Positions 1-8,371 of a DNA stretch of 42,288 nucleotides are shown here, piece by piece (the stretch's first letter is position 1; the number at the start of each line of letters is the position of its first letter). Under the pieces are notes generated by a model. That model was given only the letters and a program-made list of their open reading frames with translations. It did no database searches and was not told the DNA's origin. Source of the DNA: a virus. Where the stretch lies: IMG/VR virus record IMGVR_UViG_3300027726_000002; one strand, written 5' to 3'. The position numbers and the translations under genes were made by a program.

Positions 1-127
1 ATGTCCTCCGGCTTCATCGCCTGTCCAGAACCGTGCTTACCGCTTTTCCCGCCTTTTTGCCCATACGGTCCGGGCGTCCCAATCGGCTGTCCCCATTGGT
101 TCATTGTGTTGCTGTAGGTTCCATCAG
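1..127. repeat. Exact 127-bp terminal direct repeat, copy 1 (circular-assembly overlap)
   Basis: Bases 1-127 match 42162-42288 base for base, compared along the whole length. The identity ends at the window edges. 127 nt is a typical maximal assembler k-mer. An ORF also reads straight through the junction. Confidence 0.9.
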
Positions 128-539
128 AATTCTTTTGCGCCGTTTCCAGCACCCCGCCGCTGCGCCAGCCACCATAGTTCCGATCCCAGTACCCGCCTGT
201 ACTTTGCGTTCCGGTTGTACCGCCGGTCGGACTGCCACCCATTGCCATTGGCGGGGGCGTGGTGTTCATATTCCACGGCGAATACCACCCGCTGCCAGGC
301 ACGGTGTAGCGCCAGTAACTACCATCGGCGGATACTTCAATCTGCAATCCAATCCCGGTTGGTTTGGTGGTCTGCCCGGATACACCCGTCCGACCGCCGC
401 CATATTGGATGGGCTGGGGTGGTTTGGCGGGGGTAGATAAGCCTCCTCCACTCGGCCATTGGATTTGTCCCGGTACGGGGGTGGATAAATTATTACTGCC
501 CCACTCAATCGGTTTGGGCCTTCTAGGATCATTTGCCAT
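1..539 (-). CDS. 5' part of a junction-spanning gene (full product 243 aa, Gly/Pro/Thr/Trp-rich, virion-module protein of unknown function)
   Basis: The minus-strand frame starting at ATG 539..537 has no stop down to base 3; I translated it codon by codon. Because 1-127 equals 42162-42288, it continues in frame into ORF 41969..42265 (position 104 corresponds to 42265; 539-104=435=3x145). N-terminus: MANDPRRPKPIEWGSNNLSTPVPGQIQWPSGGGLSTPAKPPQPIQYGGGRTG. It is absent from the ORF track because it runs off the edge. Its start overlaps the end of 529..732 by 11 nt. Confidence 0.75.
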   Translation of the reverse strand, partial: MANDPRRPKPIEWGSNNLSTPVPGQIQWPSGGGLSTPAKPPQPIQYGGGRTGVSGQTTKPTGIGLQIEVSADGSYWRYTVPGSGWYSPWNMNTTPPPMAMGGSPTGGTTGTQSTGGYWDRNYGGWRSGGVLETAQKNSDGTYSNTMNQWGQPIGTPGPYGQKGGKSGKHGSGQAMKPED

Positions 540-732
540 TCAATACCTCCTTGATCTTCCCCTGCGTCTCTGCATCTAATAACGCTCTGGCTTCCGGGGG
601 CATGGTCGCATTCATCATTGCCAGTTTGATCAGTTCATCCGGCATGAAGAAGTCTTCCATCACCTTCCCGATCACCCCATTCACTTCCACTCTGGCGCTC
701 AAATATGCGTTGCGTACAGTTGAAATGTCCAT
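529..732 (-). CDS. Hypothetical 67-aa protein directly after portal
   Basis: Its ATG lies 1 nt after the portal stop (ATGATGTGAGATGGAC). It is packed between the portal and the junction-spanning gene. No motif recognised. Confidence 0.55.
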   Translation of the reverse strand: MDISTVRNAYLSARVEVNGVIGKVMEDFFMPDELIKLAMMNATMPPEARALLDAETQGKIKEVLNGK

Positions 733-733
733 C

Positions 734-2383
734 TCACATCATTCCATTCTGTGGCGCTTCTCCCGGCAAAGGTTCCGGCCCCTGCATTCCACCCGCCATC
801 ATCTCCGGGGGAAGTCCACCAGTTGCGGGGGGCTGTTGTGGTGGTGGTTGTTGCTGCTGTGCTATCATCTGCTGTGATAAGAATTCTGCCAGCATCCCGG
901 TAAATCGCTCCCGCAATACGCTTTCACTCATCTTCTCGTTGTTGCCGATGTTCAGCACTTCCGATCTAATCCATTCCTGCGATACCAGCCCGCTCTGGGT
1001 GAGCAGGTTCGCAACGTTCGCCAGCCCCAATTGATCCTGTGGAAGTTTGATGTCCAACTCAACGTCAATATCAAAATCATCACCAATGGCTGCCGGGTCA
1101 AATTCAATCGCTTTTCCATACTTCCCGGATTTCGCTTTGGTCTTCCCCTCTTCTTTCATCCACATGAAGGCCACCCACATTGCCCTGGCAATCATCCAGC
1201 CCAATCGCTGCTGCGGGGATACCAGTGGTAATCGTCCAGACTGTGAAAGCAAGGCCACCAAACTGTAAGGCGAACTCCCCCCCAACGGCTGCCCCAATGC
1301 TTGCTTATACATGGTGCTGTCAGCCATCTTCTCATCAATCATCTGCTTGCCCTGGATGATGGACGGGTCAATGGCATTCTTGATCAGCGAATCAAACTCC
1401 TCACCCTGACCAAGATTAATCACCCCACCCGGTTGCGACCAGTCCACATCGTATTGCCGGCCGCTGGGTGAGCGGAATTTATACATGGGGTTGCCGCCAA
1501 TGCCAAAGATGATGGTGAAGAAGACGGTCATCAATAAGTTGTCCCGCTTCCAAAGACCACTCTTCGCCACCTTATACAGAAACGGGCGCAGTTGTTTGGA
1601 TGTGTCAGAGAAGAGCGCCGATGATCCTTCGGTCAGGCAATGCACAATCGGGAGGAACGCCAGGTCATGTGGCTTGCATAGTATCGGGGATGCACACCCG
1701 CCAACCCATGCCGCCTGGTATTCTGTGTCCCACCACTCATAATAGTCCACCTTATCCCGGTTGTTCTTATGCCCGAGAACGCTGTCAACTTGCTCCCCCC
1801 AGTCATAGCGTAAATCCCGCACGCTCATGCTCGTCTTGCGCAAATGCCCGGTCAGTCCCAGCCTGCCATACCTGGCGTAGCAATCACGCGGCGACCACAC
1901 CGGGAACATATACGGGGTCTGCATCATGGCTTGCTGCGCCATTCGTGCATTCACCTTGTCTTTGGTAAACTCCGCCATCTTTCGCATAGACGTGACGCCC
2001 ATGTGTGTTTCGCCATACAGCAGGGCGGATAGGATCGCATCGTAATGGGCCGGGATGCCGCTGATCCGTCCGCTTCCCCGCCACATCGCATCGGCAAAGT
2101 CCTCGATGTTATCCCGGTCGGGGATCTCCTGCGATACTTTGAACTTGGGATCGGTCGCAGTCATCAGTCTCACCGCTCCATCAAGCTGGTTGGCGGGGTC
2201 GGGGGAGATGGTCACTTTCGTATTGTCGCCCAGCCTGCCCAGTTTCCCTTTGTCCGCCGGTTCGAGGAAGTACATCTCCTCCATCTCGTTGAATAGTTCT
2301 GTTCGCCCAACGTGTTGCGATTCCAGGTCAAGGGCTTCGTCTTGGATTTCTCTCCACTTGGCTACGTTGCTGTTATTCTTCAT
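734..2383 (-). CDS. Portal protein (putative)
   Basis: 549 aa from ATG 2383, which forms an ATGA overlap with the stop of 2380..3276. It is the only ~550-aa gene in the head module between the terminase and the scaffold/capsid genes. It has a Q/P-rich flexible C-terminal tail (QQQQPPPQQPPATGG). The call rests on size and synteny, not on a motif. Confidence 0.6.
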   Translation of the reverse strand: MKNNSNVAKWREIQDEALDLESQHVGRTELFNEMEEMYFLEPADKGKLGRLGDNTKVTISPDPANQLDGAVRLMTATDPKFKVSQEIPDRDNIEDFADAMWRGSGRISGIPAHYDAILSALLYGETHMGVTSMRKMAEFTKDKVNARMAQQAMMQTPYMFPVWSPRDCYARYGRLGLTGHLRKTSMSVRDLRYDWGEQVDSVLGHKNNRDKVDYYEWWDTEYQAAWVGGCASPILCKPHDLAFLPIVHCLTEGSSALFSDTSKQLRPFLYKVAKSGLWKRDNLLMTVFFTIIFGIGGNPMYKFRSPSGRQYDVDWSQPGGVINLGQGEEFDSLIKNAIDPSIIQGKQMIDEKMADSTMYKQALGQPLGGSSPYSLVALLSQSGRLPLVSPQQRLGWMIARAMWVAFMWMKEEGKTKAKSGKYGKAIEFDPAAIGDDFDIDVELDIKLPQDQLGLANVANLLTQSGLVSQEWIRSEVLNIGNNEKMSESVLRERFTGMLAEFLSQQMIAQQQQPPPQQPPATGGLPPEMMAGGMQGPEPLPGEAPQNGMM

Positions 2384-3276
2384 AAGGATTTCCATACCTC
2401 CCAAACTGTTTGCGGGTCCAGGTCACTATCTTCCCATCCATTGCCGCCGATGGTGTACCAGTTCCATCCGTTTACATATCCAGCAGCGTTGTCCCGCAGA
2501 TAATACAGGTAGTCTATCTTTCGCTGGATGTGAGCCGGGCTGCCATCACCTAATACGCTTGTCTCTGTGAGTGTCAGTGGTAAATTTGTCAGTTGCCGTA
2601 TTGCCCGGGCATTCTCAATAAACTTTCCGAATTCGCTTTCATGCCGGATATAGGTGTGATAGCTGATACCATCAGGCCGCATCCCCGCCGCCAACGCACC
2701 CTTTAAGAATGTCATACTATTCGGGTGCATCATCAGCGCGCCGGCTAAAAGTCTGGCCCCGGTCACATGCTCATAAACATACTTGACGCATTCACCATAC
2801 CGCTTGCCACCACCATACCAGTCATCTTCAACCCATGCTCCAAAACATTCGGGTGCAAACGCATCCGATACCAACACATTCGGTTCGTTGAATAGTTCAA
2901 TGGTTTCCGGATTGAACCTGTAAACAATTTCCTGAACAAACTTTGCCAATTCCGGGTAAGCATCTTTCCGGGGTGGAGAGCCGACAAACCCCGGCCACAA
3001 CCTGTATTCTTCAGGCACCACTTTTATGGTGATGATCTGTGGATGCCCCGCCAATGTAGCCGCGTTCTCTTCGTACAATGCCCGCGAAGTCGACCAATCC
3101 CGCCACTTCAACGACCACTGATATACTCTATTCTCCGCCAGCCGAGACTCAAAGGTCTTTACCCGCCCTTCGATCTGTGCGCCAAATGGGGCGTGGTAAA
3201 GGACTATTGGAAAATACTGGGTGAATGGTGCTGCTACCATGATTGGCGTTGCCTTCAAAAATTCACGGCGGTTCAT
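2380..3276 (-). CDS. Clan GH-A (GH5-like) glycoside hydrolase with twin-arginine (Tat) signal motif
   Basis: The N-terminus MNRREFLKATPIMVAAP matches the Tat consensus (S/T)RRxFLK. IELFNEPNV is the NEP acid/base motif, ISYHTY is an HxY motif, and LTLTETSV is a candidate nucleophile Glu. The order is that of a TIM-barrel GH-A enzyme. Confidence 0.6.
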   Translation of the reverse strand: MNRREFLKATPIMVAAPFTQYFPIVLYHAPFGAQIEGRVKTFESRLAENRVYQWSLKWRDWSTSRALYEENAATLAGHPQIITIKVVPEEYRLWPGFVGSPPRKDAYPELAKFVQEIVYRFNPETIELFNEPNVLVSDAFAPECFGAWVEDDWYGGGKRYGECVKYVYEHVTGARLLAGALMMHPNSMTFLKGALAAGMRPDGISYHTYIRHESEFGKFIENARAIRQLTNLPLTLTETSVLGDGSPAHIQRKIDYLYYLRDNAAGYVNGWNWYTIGGNGWEDSDLDPQTVWEVWKSL

Positions 3277-3278
3277 TC

Positions 3279-3680
3279 TTATCCGAATATCTTCTGCATA
3301 AACGTTTTGGTCTGGACGTTGCTTTCACTTCCCACAAATTCACCATCAATCTTGGGTGTGTCCGAGACTGTACCCGGCTTTGCTGCCCGTGGGTTGAGAC
3401 AGGCAAACGCATTCCACACGCTTGCGACTGCGCCCTTAAGATCAGCGTCGCTTGCTTCTCCGTCTTTCACAATCGTGGCAACCGCATGTGAAAAACGGGG
3501 GGAGAGTTCCGTGCTTCGTCTCAATACGTCCTGCGCCAGTGTCACCCGTCTTTGGTCTACGTCATAATCCCCGCTGCTTTCTTCTTTGCTGACGGTGATG
3601 GCGTATTCGATCATGGCCTGCATCACCCGCTCATAGAAATCTTGTGTTCGTGCTAAAGTTATCTGCTGTCTGTAATCCAT
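3279..3680 (-). CDS. Hypothetical protein, 133 aa
   Basis: Strong SD (GGAGGATCAG then ATG). Its stop lies 2 nt before the next start. No motif recognised. Confidence 0.6.
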   Translation of the reverse strand: MDYRQQITLARTQDFYERVMQAMIEYAITVSKEESSGDYDVDQRRVTLAQDVLRRSTELSPRFSHAVATIVKDGEASDADLKGAVASVWNAFACLNPRAAKPGTVSDTPKIDGEFVGSESNVQTKTFMQKIFG

Positions 3681-3689
3681 CTGATCCTC

Positions 3690-4352
3690 CTAGATTAGCG
3701 CGACCGCGCTAGATACTGCCGCCGCTTGTGCGGCTGTGATTGTGGTCTTGTAAATTGCGATTGCCTGAATAATTCCGCCAAAATATCCACTTGGCGATCC
3801 TGACAAATTCCTGGCAAGGAAGTAAACCTTATACGTATTTGTGCCAGACCATCCAGAAATATTTCCATCGTCTATGCCATTGCGGTATACATCAGTTGGC
3901 GTTATCGCCAGTACCCCAGACGCAAGCCCGGAAGCAACGTTTGCCGAACCGCCCATCCTATAGATAACAACGTTGCTGGTATAGTATGGCGATATTGCAA
4001 ATTCTCGACTAGAAAGAGCCTCGCCAAACAGCCATTGAGTTGAACTGGATGCGGACGAAAACCTTATTACAGCCGACCAAGTTGATTGAGGCACTAGGCC
4101 AGAATCAAGAAATGCCGAAGACGCGTTCCCAATCCAACCATCAGCCCCGAACCCTGGCGCAACGCCATTTCCAACAACCGCAGGATCAAGGTTTGCATAA
4201 CCTTCATCCCCCGCTAATCTCAGGTAGGATGCAGCCAGACTTGCCGCGCCTTTGGGTTGCCATACTCCGGCAACGTCTGCCGCCGCGATGCCGCCTGATA
4301 AATACCAGGCCTCCCCACTAAGGGCATCATGGCCCCGAAACGGATAGCCCAT
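3690..4352 (-). CDS. LamG/concanavalin-A-like jelly-roll protein (putative receptor-binding or carbohydrate-binding)
   Basis: The C-terminal pattern YFLARNLSGSPSGYFGGIIQAIAIYKTTITAAQAAAV resembles the LamG_3 ending (F-G-x-I-x-x-hydrophobic-I-Y-x-x-x-L/I-x-x-x-Q/E). The protein is beta-rich and Ser/Gly-rich. Its start overlaps the upstream stop (TAATG). Confidence 0.45.
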   Translation of the reverse strand: MGYPFRGHDALSGEAWYLSGGIAAADVAGVWQPKGAASLAASYLRLAGDEGYANLDPAVVGNGVAPGFGADGWIGNASSAFLDSGLVPQSTWSAVIRFSSASSSTQWLFGEALSSREFAISPYYTSNVVIYRMGGSANVASGLASGVLAITPTDVYRNGIDDGNISGWSGTNTYKVYFLARNLSGSPSGYFGGIIQAIAIYKTTITAAQAAAVSSAVALI

Positions 4353-4747
4353 TACGCCTCCGAATAATACAACACCTGAACAGCAACGTTCCCAGATGCG
4401 CTTGACCGTACCATCAGTTTTTTATTCGCTGTGTTCAGTTTCATTTTGCCATGCGGGGTGACTTGGATTGATCCATTTGCGGGTAGGTACAGCGTCAGGA
4501 AGATTGTCCCCGCCGTTTCTTCCGAGAAGTCCAATCTCATGGCGGTATCAACTGCCGCAACAATGTCAGTGATCACAAGTTTCTGCCCAGTCGTTGGGGC
4601 GCTGGTCACTGCCGCCACTGCCGCGCTTTGATCGGCGCTGGTAAATCTCGCCTGGCTGGCCAACCCCATCACCGTTGTCCATGCGGGGCCGTTGTCTCTG
4701 ATATTTCCATTCAAGATGTCTTCAACTACAACTCTTCCGAAACTCAT
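4352..4747 (-). CDS. Hypothetical beta-rich protein, 131 aa
   Basis: ATGA overlap with the TerL stop and TAATG overlap with the next gene. No motif recognised. Confidence 0.55.
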   Translation of the reverse strand: MSFGRVVVEDILNGNIRDNGPAWTTVMGLASQARFTSADQSAAVAAVTSAPTTGQKLVITDIVAAVDTAMRLDFSEETAGTIFLTLYLPANGSIQVTPHGKMKLNTANKKLMVRSSASGNVAVQVLYYSEA

Positions 4748-6147
4748 AGCATTCCTCCTGCCATTACCAATGGCGAAACCTGTCTTTGCTTCTCCGCCTG
4801 CTGCCCGGCATTCAAATTGAGATTAGTCAACCCATATCGCAGCATGTCATAGGGGTCATCCCCGTCCACTTTCTTCACATCTTCCGGGTTCTTCGGGTCT
4901 TTGATCAATGTGACCATGCACCCAAACACAGAATAATACGGCTCGAATACCTGGATCCCCGGCTTCCCGTCTGGCTTGTCGAGCATCAACCCATGTAATC
5001 GCCGCTTGCCACCCAGCCTGTCATTATTGGCCCGGGTCAACACCACACCACCTTTCTCATACACATCCGCGGTGGTGAAAACAATGTCATCTTTATTCTT
5101 CCGCTCCCACATATCGGGGGAGGCAAACGTAAACAGGATATTTTCCTCTGGCGCGGTGCTGTCTTTGACCATTGCAATCTGCCGCTCATCTGTCAGCCCG
5201 GATAAACTGATTGCCCGGTAGACATACAGCCGGTCCTTGTCCGGGTCTTTGGCAAACCACCCGCACGCCCAGGGGTGTTCATAGCCATAATCAATCGCTC
5301 TCCACTTCGGCCACCACAGCGGTATCTCCCTCGGTGGACAGGCGATCCGGTTATGCTGCCAGGTGGGGAAGGCTTGCCCTGCAAACACAGACCAGTCACC
5401 ATAACGCAATGCCCGCGCTACATCCGGGTCTCTGGCTTCTAACCGGTCGGCATATTCGGGGTCACGCTCCAGCCCAATCGGGTTATCTTCCAACAGGGCG
5501 GGGATGAAGTAGCTTTGCTCATACTTTCCATTGGGGGTCAGTACCCGTTTCACTTGCCGATGTCCACCCGATGTTTTCAATACGTCAAACAGTTGCGAAT
5601 ACCACTCATGCCCCACATTGCCGGGGTTGGTCATCATTCCCACAAACGGGGTCAAGTCGGGGTGGTCTATCGTCGGTCGGTTGCGTGTGATCAGGTAGTC
5701 AACAATCGGCCAGGTGAAGTGGGTCGCTTCGTCAATCAGCAGAATGTCCCATGCCTGTGACTGGTAGTTGTATCGATCATCCTCGGTGGCGCAGTGGTGG
5801 AAGTACAGCCGGCTTCCAGTGGGAAATGTATGTCGGTGCTGCCCGGCGTTGTACTCGGTGATCCCCGCGAGTAGTTCCCGGCTTCTTTCTATTGGCCCGT
5901 CAGGTCCTTCCAATTCAGTAAAGTTTCGCCGGAACAACCCGATCCTCACGCCGGGAAATGCAAACGCGGCCACCATCGCCAGCCCTATAGCTGCGTCGGT
6001 CTTGCCGCCGAATGCCGCCCCGCCATATCCGATCAGCCTGGAGACTGGCTTTTCAATCTTCGATCCGTCCAGTATCCCCATCAGACCCGCCGCTTTCAAG
6101 AGTTCGGCCTGCCTCGGTTGGGGATACCATTTGATCTTGATGTCCAC
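4744..6147 (-). CDS. terL: Terminase large subunit
   Basis: Walker A-like GYGGAAFGGKTDA and Walker B-like ILLIDEATHF. The N-terminal YPQPRQAELLKA is typical of TerL. Length 467 aa, directly downstream of TerS. The listed start is GTG 6147, so the exact start is uncertain. Confidence 0.85.
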   Translation of the reverse strand: MDIKIKWYPQPRQAELLKAAGLMGILDGSKIEKPVSRLIGYGGAAFGGKTDAAIGLAMVAAFAFPGVRIGLFRRNFTELEGPDGPIERSRELLAGITEYNAGQHRHTFPTGSRLYFHHCATEDDRYNYQSQAWDILLIDEATHFTWPIVDYLITRNRPTIDHPDLTPFVGMMTNPGNVGHEWYSQLFDVLKTSGGHRQVKRVLTPNGKYEQSYFIPALLEDNPIGLERDPEYADRLEARDPDVARALRYGDWSVFAGQAFPTWQHNRIACPPREIPLWWPKWRAIDYGYEHPWACGWFAKDPDKDRLYVYRAISLSGLTDERQIAMVKDSTAPEENILFTFASPDMWERKNKDDIVFTTADVYEKGGVVLTRANNDRLGGKRRLHGLMLDKPDGKPGIQVFEPYYSVFGCMVTLIKDPKNPEDVKKVDGDDPYDMLRYGLTNLNLNAGQQAEKQRQVSPLVMAGGML

Positions 6148-6625
6148 TGGGTATAAACCTCACTGTGATCTCGCCGCTCTGGTTCTCATCCACCTGCACT
6201 TTGTCAACGAACAATCCCAAATTCCGCCCAATCAATTCGAGCGCCTTCTGCCCATCGTGTAGTTCAATCACCGGGCCACTTCTCCCAGACCGAATGCTCT
6301 TGATGAGATGCCCCCTCGCCCGGATAGTTTCCCAGTTCAAGGTAAATCCATCGGGGGAGTTGGGATCCTCCATGATGAAATCAGCAATGCTCATCCGGGC
6401 CTGTTCCGCCAGCCGGTATAACGCTTCATCAGCCTGCATTGCCAGCTCTGACATTCGTTTGGCGATATACTCCTGCACCTTTGGCAATGCGAGTAGCCGG
6501 GTTGCTTCCTGGGTTGTGCCATAATAGCCAGCCTCTTTTGCCGCAGTCGTCTTCTGGAACGTCCGCAGATAGGCTTCAACGAATACCAGTTGTTTAGCGT
6601 TTAGTTTGGTCTCAACTGTTCTCAT
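6053..6625 (-). CDS. terS: Terminase small subunit (Terminase_2-like)
   Basis: N-terminal LNAKQLVFVEAYLRTFQKTTAAKEAGY is the HTH signature of small terminases. It lies immediately upstream of TerL and overlaps the listed TerL start by 95 nt. Confidence 0.75.
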   Translation of the reverse strand: MRTVETKLNAKQLVFVEAYLRTFQKTTAAKEAGYYGTTQEATRLLALPKVQEYIAKRMSELAMQADEALYRLAEQARMSIADFIMEDPNSPDGFTLNWETIRARGHLIKSIRSGRSGPVIELHDGQKALELIGRNLGLFVDKVQVDENQSGEITVRFIPSGHQDQMVSPTEAGRTLESGGSDGDTGRIED

Positions 6626-6699
6626 CGTACACCTATCAGGATAATCGCCAGGATGAGCATCAATAGACCATAGGTCATCATCACGCCCAGCGCCAGCAT
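6622..6699 (-). CDS. Tiny hydrophobic peptide (25 aa, one TM), possible lysis accessory
   Basis: MLALGVMMTYGLLMLILAIILIGVR. Its TGA overlaps the TerS ATG (ATGA). Below the ORF-track cutoff, and the SD is weak. Confidence 0.3.
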   Translation of the reverse strand: MLALGVMMTYGLLMLILAIILIGVR

Positions 6700-6716
6700 C
6701 CAGCCAATGATCTCAA

Positions 6717-6968
6717 CTATTGTTTCAACCCAAAAACTACAGCCACAATTGCGCCGAGTGAATTGATCGCGCTCCATCCTGTACTCACATTCCGCAGTCG
6801 GTCGATCTCATCTGTGTTGTCTGTGATCCGCTCTTCGTGAGCAGCACATTGCTTGATCAATCCATCCTGCCCGTGCCTGATCTCCGCCACATCATCAATC
6901 AACCGATCCAACTTGGCGCCCAGAACTGCGAGAGTTATTCTCCCGTTCCCGTTGTCATCTTCTGCCAT
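6717..6968 (-). CDS. XhlA-like coiled-coil protein with C-terminal TM (lysis-associated, putative)
   Basis: From ATG 6968 (MAEDDNGNG). It has a coiled-coil segment (LDRLIDDVAEIRHGQDGLIKQCAAHEERITDNTDEIDRLRN) followed by a single C-terminal TM (WSAINSLGAIVAVVFGL). It is adjacent to the holin-like gene. Confidence 0.45.
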   Translation of the reverse strand: MAEDDNGNGRITLAVLGAKLDRLIDDVAEIRHGQDGLIKQCAAHEERITDNTDEIDRLRNVSTGWSAINSLGAIVAVVFGLKQ

Positions 6969-6973
6969 CGGGG

Positions 6974-7342
6974 TTACTCTTCCGGGGTGGGGCGTGTTTT
7001 CCACTGGTTGAATTCTTCCATCACTGCCGCCTCCACTGCTGCGGAGATCAGTCCGAAGTCCACTGGAATGTTTTTAGATCGGAGATAGTCCTGGACAACT
7101 GCGACGGCATATACCTTCTTATCGTTGACAAATCCAGCTGCCCCCGCCTGCTCTGCCGCCTTAACCGCAATTCCCGCAATCCAGGTGAGTTCTCCCAATA
7201 GATCGGGCTTCTCTTTCTCGATCCGGGCTAGCACCTGATCCCCCTTCACCTTGATCCAGCGCATGAGAAACACGGCCAAAACGGGTAACAATGCGACCGC
7301 CAATTCCTGAGCCAGCTTGCTTACAAATTCAATCGTCTCCAT
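6974..7342 (-). CDS. Holin, LL-H family-like
   Basis: An N-terminal TM (LAVALLPVLAVFLMRWI) is followed by AGIAVKAAEQAGAAGFVNDKKVYAVAVVQDYLRSKNIPVD...ISAAVEAAV. That is the characteristic LL-H (holin superfamily 6) pattern. Confidence 0.6.
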   Translation of the reverse strand: METIEFVSKLAQELAVALLPVLAVFLMRWIKVKGDQVLARIEKEKPDLLGELTWIAGIAVKAAEQAGAAGFVNDKKVYAVAVVQDYLRSKNIPVDFGLISAAVEAAVMEEFNQWKTRPTPEE

Positions 7343-7562
7343 CTGCTTTTCTCCTGTATCCCTTACATCTTGTTCCGTTTATCATTCGATCTCCCACTTC
7401 CACAATCACGCCAGCCTCCAATGCTCTTGTGACTGCGCCCTTCGCTGTGTCTTTCGTCAACCCGAATTTCCGGGCGTACATACTCACAGTAAATTCCCCT
7501 GGCCCCAACTCCGGCGCTCCAAACGCTGCGTATACTTCAGCCATCAAATCTTCAGCGTCCAA
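7329..7562 (-). CDS. Small winged-helix/HTH DNA-binding protein (candidate late regulator)
   Basis: 77 aa. FTVSMYARKFGLTKDTAKGAVTRALEAGVIVEV is HTH-like. It is the second gene of the late operon. Confidence 0.45.
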   Translation of the reverse strand: MDAEDLMAEVYAAFGAPELGPGEFTVSMYARKFGLTKDTAKGAVTRALEAGVIVEVGDRMINGTRCKGYRRKADGDD

Positions 7563-8371
7563 AATTTTTTCATCTCCGCCGGGTAGATAGTCGCTTTCAT
7601 CTTTCCACCTTGCCAGACCACCCCGCCAATGTCCGCCAGGCTATACTCGCTCCCAGACCGGTATACATTCTCAGTTGCCATCGTCCAGCATGGGGTGAAT
7701 ACCGCTCTCAATCCGTGCATCTCCGCCTCTCGATATCTGTGGTTGTGGCTGCGGATCACCCAGTGCGGGGCGGGTTGCTGCACCATCACCCGGTAATACC
7801 AGAGCGCCCTCTCCGCCAAATCAACCGGGCTTTTATGGCTGGCTACATCCCGGCCACTCATCCCGGCGTGGTGAGCCACATCAAAACGCTGCCCGCCGAT
7901 CACCGCTCGGAATTGCCACCAGCTGGCCGTCTGTTTACTCTGCCGAACGGTATGATCCAGGTCGTTGGCAATCGCTTCCTCAATCCAGGAGCTTTTCCCC
8001 ACATGCGCCGGCGTCCCCCGGATGACGACCACTCCACCCACCTGGGAGGTGAGCGGGTCCAACACGTCCCCCACCATGCGCATGATCGTTGCTTTGTTCG
8101 CGCTGATGAGCTGGACGCTTCTCCGTTTGGTGTCCAACTCCGCCATATCTCCGCCGATGATGAGCAGCTTCTCCCCCTCAATGGCTGTCACCCGGTTCAC
8201 GAAATCCTGCCAGCATTCCCACAGCCACCGCTGCCCCCGACTTGGGTGGTATGTCCCGCCGTCGTCGAGATCAACCGCCAGCGGACATAATGCCACCGTG
8301 CTGTTAATGTGCAGATCACTGATGTGTACCACCGTCCCCGCATTTATCATATTAATCGGATTATAAGTCAT
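7544..8371 (-). CDS. Calcineurin-like metallophosphoesterase
   Basis: The motifs HISDLH, IGGDMAE, RGTPAH and RSHNH occur in the canonical MPE order. The listed ATG 8371 has no SD, and codons 3-4 coincide with a TATAAT box. An alternative start at ATG 8350 (MINAGTVVHISDLH) would give a near-leaderless mRNA. Confidence 0.75.
   Translation of the reverse strand: MTYNPINMINAGTVVHISDLHINSTVALCPLAVDLDDGGTYHPSRGQRWLWECWQDFVNRVTAIEGEKLLIIGGDMAELDTKRRSVQLISANKATIMRMVGDVLDPLTSQVGGVVVIRGTPAHVGKSSWIEEAIANDLDHTVRQSKQTASWWQFRAVIGGQRFDVAHHAGMSGRDVASHKSPVDLAERALWYYRVMVQQPAPHWVIRSHNHRYREAEMHGLRAVFTPCWTMATENVYRSGSEYSLADIGGVVWQGGKMKATIYPAEMKKFWTLKI

Noticed and set aside
1-127. 127-bp repeat as a genuine phage direct terminal repeat or an LTR of a mobile element.
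   Set aside because: A gene reads continuously across the junction, and 127 nt equals a common assembler k-mer. Circular-assembly overlap is the simpler explanation. This is not formally excluded without read-start analysis.
33-440. Plus-strand ORFs 33..440, 104..436 and 364..579, and minus-strand ORF 266..532, at the window start.
   Set aside because: They overlap the better-supported junction-spanning minus-strand frame (539 down to 1), which continues into 41969..42265. Their products are low-complexity Pro/Arg/Cys-rich shadow translations.
6053-6147. 95-nt TerS/TerL overlap as a programmed frameshift or fusion.
   Set aside because: I saw no slippery heptamer or downstream structure. TerL has its own plausible GTG start with GAGG upstream. 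Overlap or an imprecise TerL start is sufficient explanation.
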